A DNA stretch of 63,377 nt, filler included, from an uncultured Synergistales bacterium (GTDB lineage Bacteria; Synergistota; Synergistia; Synergistales; Aminobacteriaceae), in NCBI GenBank assembly GCA_937897575.1. It is 5 parts of 5 records of this genome, joined end to end, with 100 filler letters (N's around TTAATTAATTAA, not from the genome) between each part and the next. Parts side by side here need not be neighbours in the genome. Positions count along the whole stretch, not along the records: positions 36,829 to 59,507 come from CALCQG010000097.1; positions 59,608 to 61,709 come from CALCQG010000106.1; positions 61,810 to 63,377 come from CALCQG010000107.1; 2 more parts are not named here. One strand, given 5' to 3'. A program made the position numbers and the translations under genes. Of this stretch, positions 57,870-63,377 are shown in pieces. The notes below the pieces were generated by a model. The model saw nothing but the letters and a program-made list of their open reading frames with translations. It made no database searches and had not been told where the DNA came from. Position 1 is the first letter of the stretch. The number at the start of each line of letters is the position of its first letter.

Positions 57870-58745
57870 CTACCCCTTCGGGGTCTGGATTCCGATTTGC
57901 TCCGCGAGGCTTCTGCCCGTCGGGGTAACGGCCAGCCCTCCCAGCCCCGTCTCCCGAAGGGTCTCGGGGAGGGCCTTTCCCACCTGCCCCATGGCGTCGA
58001 TCACCTCGTCGGCCGGGATGAGGGACCGCACCCCCGCCAGGGCCAGATCCGTCGAAAGGGCCCCGAGGCTCACGAGCAGGGCGTTTCTCTTGATGCACGG
58101 AGACTCCACGAGGCCGCCCACGGGGTCGCAGACGAGCCCGAGGATGGCTTTGAAGGCGAGGGCCACTCCGTGCGCCACGGCGTCGGGAGCCCCGCCCCGC
58201 ACCGTGACCAGGGCGGCGGAGCCCATGGCCACCGCCGCGCCGCACTCCGCCTGACACCCTCCCGACGCCCCCGCCAGCGTGGCCCGGGAGGCGACCACCT
58301 CGCCGACGGCCGCCGCGGAGAAGAGCCCCGACAGGAGGGCTTCGTCCTCCGTTCCGAAGTGCTCCCGGCAGGCGAAGAGCATGCCGGGCAGGATGCCGCA
58401 GCTTCCCGCCGTCGGGGCCGCGACGATACGCCCCATGGCGGCGTTGTAGGTGGAGACGGCCATGGCGATCCGGGCGGCGGAGAGGACAAAGGGGCTGGAG
58501 TACGCCGCCCCCTTCTGTGCATACCTCTCCACAAGGGGCGCCTCGCTCGGGGCGATGAGGCCCCGCCACTGGTCCGACGCGGACTCCCGGACGGAGAACT
58601 CCATGTCCTTCAGGCGGGAGAGCATCCTCCTCCGAAGGGTCTCGGCGGGGACCCCCGACTCCTCGGACTCCATGAAAATCGCCTGCTCCGAAAAGGATCG
58701 CCCGGAGAGACGGCACCGCTCCACGATGTCGCCCAGGGATCTCAT
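57870..58745 (-). CDS. sdaAA: Fe-S L-serine ammonia-lyase alpha subunit
   Basis: APTAGSCG, GGCQAECG, GLVCDPVGGLVE.PCIKRN, LRETGLGGLA. Confidence 0.95.
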   Translation of the reverse strand: MRSLGDIVERCRLSGRSFSEQAIFMESEESGVPAETLRRRMLSRLKDMEFSVRESASDQWRGLIAPSEAPLVERYAQKGAAYSSPFVLSAARIAMAVSTYNAAMGRIVAAPTAGSCGILPGMLFACREHFGTEDEALLSGLFSAAAVGEVVASRATLAGASGGCQAECGAAVAMGSAALVTVRGGAPDAVAHGVALAFKAILGLVCDPVGGLVESPCIKRNALLVSLGALSTDLALAGVRSLIPADEVIDAMGQVGKALPETLRETGLGGLAVTPTGRSLAEQIGIQTPKG

Positions 58746-59431
58746 GACGGACCTCCTCTCCCGTACAGGGGAATGACCCGCAGGATCGCGGGGTGCACCG
58801 CCTCGATCGCCTTCCGGAGGTCGGGGTCGGGGCTTCCGTCCATATCCATGTCCATCTCCGCCACGAGGGAGGCGAGCCCGCCCTTGGCCTTTCTGTGGAG
58901 GGTCATGGAGGCGATGTTGATCTCCCGCTCGGCGAAGCAAGCCGCCACGGCGGCCACAACACCGTGGACATCCCGGTGAAACGTGACCAGGGTGGGCAGC
59001 TCGCCGGTGATCCCCATGGCGAACCCGTCGATCTCCAGGATCTCCACGGCCCCTCCGCCCACGGACGCCCCGACGATCTCCATGGTCCGTCCGTCACGAC
59101 CGGTGAAGCAGAAACGGACCGAGTTGGGGTGGGCCCCGTCCACGTCCTCCCGTTCGAAGCGGAAGGGGAGTCCCTGCTCCTTGGCCGTCTCAAGAGCGGT
59201 CCGAAGCCCCTCGTCGTCGGGTTCCATCCCGAGAAGCCCCGCCACGAGCGCCTTGTCCGTCCCGTGCCCTCTGGACGTGGAGGCGAAGCTGCCCCTGAGG
59301 AGAAAGGTCACCTCGGAGAGCGGCGCCTCGCCCCAACAGATCCTCGCCAGCTTCCCGAGTCGAGCGGCTCCCGCCGTGTGGCTCGACGACGGGCCGATCA
59401 TCACCGGCCCGATGATATCAAAGAATCCCAC
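58742..59431 (-). CDS. sdaAB: Fe-S L-serine ammonia-lyase beta subunit with ACT domain
   Basis: GPVMIGPSSSHTAGA, GHGTD, HPNS, SVGGG; GTG start after SD AAGGAGG. Confidence 0.95.
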   Translation of the reverse strand: MGFFDIIGPVMIGPSSSHTAGAARLGKLARICWGEAPLSEVTFLLRGSFASTSRGHGTDKALVAGLLGMEPDDEGLRTALETAKEQGLPFRFEREDVDGAHPNSVRFCFTGRDGRTMEIVGASVGGGAVEILEIDGFAMGITGELPTLVTFHRDVHGVVAAVAACFAEREINIASMTLHRKAKGGLASLVAEMDMDMDGSPDPDLRKAIEAVHPAILRVIPLYGRGGPS

Positions 59432-59507
59432 GCGGATCCCTCCTTTGGTAGAGAGAGTGTTACCGTATAATTTATACGCCCTGTCATAGGTCAAACGCTT
59501 CATTTGC

Positions 59508-59607
59508 NNNNNNNNNNNNNNNNNNNNNNNNNNNNNNNNNNNNNNNNNNNNTTAATTAATTAANNNNNNNNNNNNNNNNNNNNNNNNNNNNNNNNNNNNN
59601 NNNNNNN
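59508..59607. other. Artificial contig spacer
   Basis: 100 nt of N with central TTAATTAATTAA. Confidence 0.98.
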
Positions 59608-60939
59608 CAGCGGGGAGTCGCCCGTCACATCGAACAGCGACACCTTGAGGGTGCCGTTCTCCATTCCGATCCCCAGCAGGCCGTGGGAGGTCATCTGCAG
59701 GTACGTGGAGATACCGGGGACCTTCAGCTCGCCGCGCAGCGAGGGCGAGGTGGGATCGCTGAGGTCTACCACGAACAGGGGATCGACCTGTATGGCCGTC
59801 ACCAGGTACAGGCGGTCGCCCATGAACCGGCAGGAGTACAGGGATTCGCCGGGAGCGATGTTGTCCAGCTTTCCGACCTCCTTGAGCTCCCTGTCCAGCA
59901 CCGTGACGGCGGTGTACGGGGAGCTCCATCCGGAGGTCGAGGCCACGCGGAGATGGTCGCCGCCCTCGTCCATGCAGAACTGCGAGATCAGGTACCCGTC
60001 CACGGAGCCTCTCGCCGCCAGGGTGGCGTTCAGGCCGTCCACATCGAAGCGGTAGATGGCCGTCGCCGCGCCCTTGGCGCCGCTCCGCGGCACGTCGGCC
60101 ATCGTCAGGTAGAGGGACGTCGGGGACATGTGCATGACCGATGACGCGGGGGCGGCCGCGGTCAGGCAGGTGCTCTCCCCCGAGGCGATGTTAAAGGCCA
60201 GCAGGCTGATGAAGCTCGACGCCTCCCGGACCGAGGGATCGTGCATCACCTCGGTCGCCTTCACCGCCTCCGCCCTGCCGTCCCGGGTCAGCACCGGGGG
60301 CGTCACCCTGCCGTCCATCCAGACGTTCTTTTGGACCACAGCGTAGACGGTCCCACCGGCCATCCGGGAGCCGGCATACCAGCCGGACGCGCCGACCTCG
60401 TGCGTCAGGACTGGGCGGGTCGGATCGGAGACGTCGTACGAGGACAGTATGGTGCTCTCCTCCGCCGGCGGCGCCTGCATGGCATTCATGACATAGGACG
60501 TCTGGTGAGAGCGGACCACGATCAGCGTGCCGCCCTCCAGGTACAGCGCCCCGATGTACCATCCGCCCTCCGGGGAGATCGTCGAGACGTTTTGCAGCCC
60601 ATCGGCGCCGGCCCGGACGATGTGGACCGCCAGGCCGTCGGAGATGTAGATGTGCTGGCCGTCGGTCTTGACCATGTCCCCCTCGTCCACCCCGGCCACC
60701 TGGACGTTCGTTCCGGAGCGGTCGGCCGCATCTCCCATGGCCGCGATCTCGCGCCCCCCCGGGCCATCGAGGAATGAGACGGGGCGGTGGGAGCCCAGGA
60801 AAGAGAGCATCTCGGCCTCCGATGCGAAGGGGCGGAGCTCGCTGGACGCGCCGTCATCGATCAGCAGGGAGGCCGTCCCGCCCATGACCAGGGCGAGGGC
60901 GGTGAGCACGGCGACCGTGGCCGCGAAGGGATGCTTCAT
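59608..60939 (-). CDS. Secreted beta-propeller domain protein, 3' end cut by the gap
   Basis: TNVQVAGVDEGDMVKTDG, QFCMDE, IAPGESLYSCRFMGD, VDPLFVVDL, GELKVPG. Confidence 0.85.
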
Positions 60940-60966
60940 CGACCACCATACGGAGCGGGGAGTACA

Positions 60967-61611
60967 TCAATGCCCTTTCGCCGTTGACCTGGAGGTCAAC
61001 GCCGGCCTCGCGGCCCTGGGCGGACGGGAGACGAAGCGGCTGCCCTTCACGAGGAAGCGCCACGGCCATTCGGCCCCCTGGCCCGCGTAGTCGATGCCAA
61101 TGCGCTTCGACGTCACCACTTCCACCTCCTCGCCGGCGATGAAGAACAGCGGACCGCCCGTCACGTCGGAGCCGCTCATCTCCCGCGTGAGGCGGAACGC
61201 CATGCACAGCTTGGACGGCCCGTTGGCCAGCCTCGGGACGTTCCTCTCGACGGGCGCCATGCCCCTGGCCCGCGCCATCTCCTCCAGCCCCAGGCGAGGC
61301 TCCGCGGCCCTGATGAACACCCCCTGGGGATCGCCGTCCTGCCCGGTCACGACGTTGAAGCACAGGTACATGCCGTAGATCGGATAGATGTAGGCGTGGC
61401 CGGCGGGTCCCCACATGATCTCGTTCCTGGGGGTGCACCTCCCCCTATAGGCATGGGACGCGGGATCGTCCACTCCCCCGTAGGCCTCTGTTTCGACGAC
61501 AACGCCGGAAAGGATGCCCTGGGGGGTGCGATGCACCAGCATGCTTCCCAGCAGATCGGGCGCCACCTGCAGGGCCGGCCGGGCGAAGAAGTCCCGCCCC
61601 AACGGTTCCAT
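60967..61611 (-). CDS. mpg: DNA-3-methyladenine glycosylase (MPG/AAG type)
   Basis: VETEAY, DPASH, YIY.IYGMY.CFNVV, IRAAEP, NGPSKL, RIGI. Confidence 0.93.
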   Translation of the reverse strand: MEPLGRDFFARPALQVAPDLLGSMLVHRTPQGILSGVVVETEAYGGVDDPASHAYRGRCTPRNEIMWGPAGHAYIYPIYGMYLCFNVVTGQDGDPQGVFIRAAEPRLGLEEMARARGMAPVERNVPRLANGPSKLCMAFRLTREMSGSDVTGGPLFFIAGEEVEVVTSKRIGIDYAGQGAEWPWRFLVKGSRFVSRPPRAARPALTSRSTAKGH

Positions 61612-61671
61612 GATGGTCGATGGACACATGGGACTTGAAGTTTGAGTAAAAATGGGGAAGGGGTTTGGGGG

Positions 61672-61709
61672 GGTGATGCTCTGCTTCGCAAGGGTGGAGA
61701 GCGGGTTCC
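61672..61709 (-). ncRNA. Possible 3' end of an archaeal SRP (7S) RNA
   Basis: ...CCACCCTTGCGAAGCAGAGCATCACC then a C/T-rich tract; resembles my recollection of archaeal SRP 3' ends; only 38 nt visible. Confidence 0.3.
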
Positions 61710-61809
61710 NNNNNNNNNNNNNNNNNNNNNNNNNNNNNNNNNNNNNNNNNNNNTTAATTAATTAANNNNNNNNNNNNNNNNNNNNNNNNNNNNNNNNNNN
61801 NNNNNNNNN
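61710..61809. other. Artificial contig spacer
   Basis: 100 nt of N with central TTAATTAATTAA. Confidence 0.98.
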
Positions 61810-63283
61810 GCTGTCGGGCATGGAGGGAGCCATGACGTCCCTCCCCGACGCCGACGATTTCATCGAGGAGGACGCCGTGCTCTACGTCCGGCGGACGCTC
61901 TCGAGAAGCGGGCGGAACAGGACGCTCCTTCAGGGGCGAAGCGTCCCCTTCTCCCAGTACGCCGAGGTCATGAACGACGGACTGCGCATCCAGAGCCAGT
62001 TCGCCCAGATGGAGCTCCTCGATCCGAAGCGGCAGCTCGATATCCTGGACTTCTGCGGCGGCGACTAGACCGAGCATCTGCTGAAAACCCTCGCCGAGAC
62101 GTTCCGAGAGGCGCTGGAGTGCGAGAAGACCCTCAAAGCGACACAGGCGAAGGGGGACGATCTGAGACGCCGTTTTCAGGAGGGGGACGCGCTCCTCTCG
62201 GCGGCCGACGGCTTGCGGCTCGCCCCCGGATGCGACCTGGCCTGGGAGAAGGAGCGCGAGGACCTCGGCCGGACGATCGAGCGCACGAGGTCCATCCAGC
62301 AGCTTCTGCTCCGCTTCACGGGTGGTCTGTCGGGTGAGGGGATCCTGGACGCCGCCGAGCAATCGGGGGTCGCCATGCTCAGAGAGCTTCCCGAGACCGA
62401 CGAGGCGCTGCAGAAGCTCTTCAACGACGGACTCGACGCCCTGCAGCGATTCGTCCGGGATGTGGAGCGGCGGACACCCGGGCTCCAGTCCCTGGAAGCC
62501 CTCGAGAAAGAGCATGACGCTCTGGAACGGCGAATCGGAATGCTCAGGCGCCTCAAGCGCGCCACGAACTCGTCCTCTCTGGAGGACCTCATGGCCTGGT
62601 GCGACGAGGCCCGGCACGCTTCGGAGTGGCTCAGGGAGGAGGAGCGACACTCCGCCGAACTCACCGAACGGGGGAGGGCCCTCCGGAAGGAGGCGAGCCG
62701 CCTCGCCATGGAGCTCAGGGCAAACCGGACGGACTTGGCCTCCGCCCTCGAGAAGCGCGTGAACAGCCACCTCAAGGACCTGGCCATGGAGGACAGCCTC
62801 TTCCGCGTCCGGCTCTCGCCCCTCGACAGAATCAGGAGCTTCGGGGCGGACGACGTCCTCTTCACCCTCTCCGTGGGCGGTCGGGAGGAGACGCCCGTGA
62901 ACAGGACCGCCTCGGGCGGAGAGCTGAGCCGTCTGCTCCTCGCCATCCAGCTCGCCCTTCCCGACGCCCTGCTGCCGCCCGTCCTCGTGTTCGACGAGGT
63001 GGAGGCCGGCCTCGGCGGTATGGCGGCCGTCCTCGCGGGGTACAAACTCCTCGAGCTCTCGAGGCGATGTCAGGTGCTCCTCGTCACCCACGAGGCCACC
63101 ATCGCCGCCCTGGCGCAACATCACTTCGCCGTTCGCAAGGAGGGGGAGCAGGTGACCGTCGAAGACCTCTCTCCGGACGACCGGGTGGAAGAGGTCGCCC
63201 GGATGCTCTCGGGCAACTCGACGCTCACCGAGGCCAGAGAACACGCCAGGAAGCTGCTCGAGACGTCCCCTCAACACCGCTGA
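61810..63283 (+). pseudogene. recN: RecN DNA repair ATPase, 5'-truncated by the gap, with one in-frame TAG at 62066-62068
   Basis: ASGGELSRLLLA, VFDEVEAG, QVLLVTH, EVARMLSG; ORFs 61820-62068 and 62213-63283 share a frame and the interval between them is open. Confidence 0.8.
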
Positions 63284-63331
63284 CACCGGCGGGACGCCTG
63301 TGCCCGCAGGGCTCATGCGGGTGACGGACGT

Positions 63332-63360
63332 TTGACTTTCTCCCCGGGAGCTCGTATAAT
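63332..63360 (+). promoter_or_regulatory. Sigma70 promoter for a gene beyond the window
   Basis: TTGACT-N17-TATAAT. Confidence 0.75.
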
Positions 63361-63377
63361 GCTACGGTTTACTGTAT

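Overview
GC-rich window made of five unrelated contigs joined by 100-nt N spacers containing TTAATTAATTAA (gaps 17536-17635, 36729-36828, 59508-59607, 61710-61809), so genes on opposite sides of a gap are not linked. Four contigs look like an anaerobic amino-acid-fermenting bacterium, possibly Synergistota (inference from gene content). They carry hypCDE, a DUF1538/PII pair, ymdB-rny-recX-recG-divIVA-sepF-yggS, folE2-queD, type III glutamine synthetase, kbl-tdh, TRAP/TAXI/ABC transporters, several amidohydrolases, a KDG/amino-sugar-acid cluster, sdaAB-sdaAA and recN. The 2.1-kb contig at 59608-61709 looks archaeal. The best finding is an unannotated 40-codon leader ORF with a serine run (SSSSSSLSS). 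It lies between a near-consensus promoter and an intrinsic terminator upstream of a class-V aminotransferase, which is the layout of a serine-sensing translation-coupled attenuator. Other findings are an 8.2-kb catabolic block bracketed by a duplicated tdh 3' end, an ABC-fed DgaE-like pathway, and one in-frame amber codon in recN.
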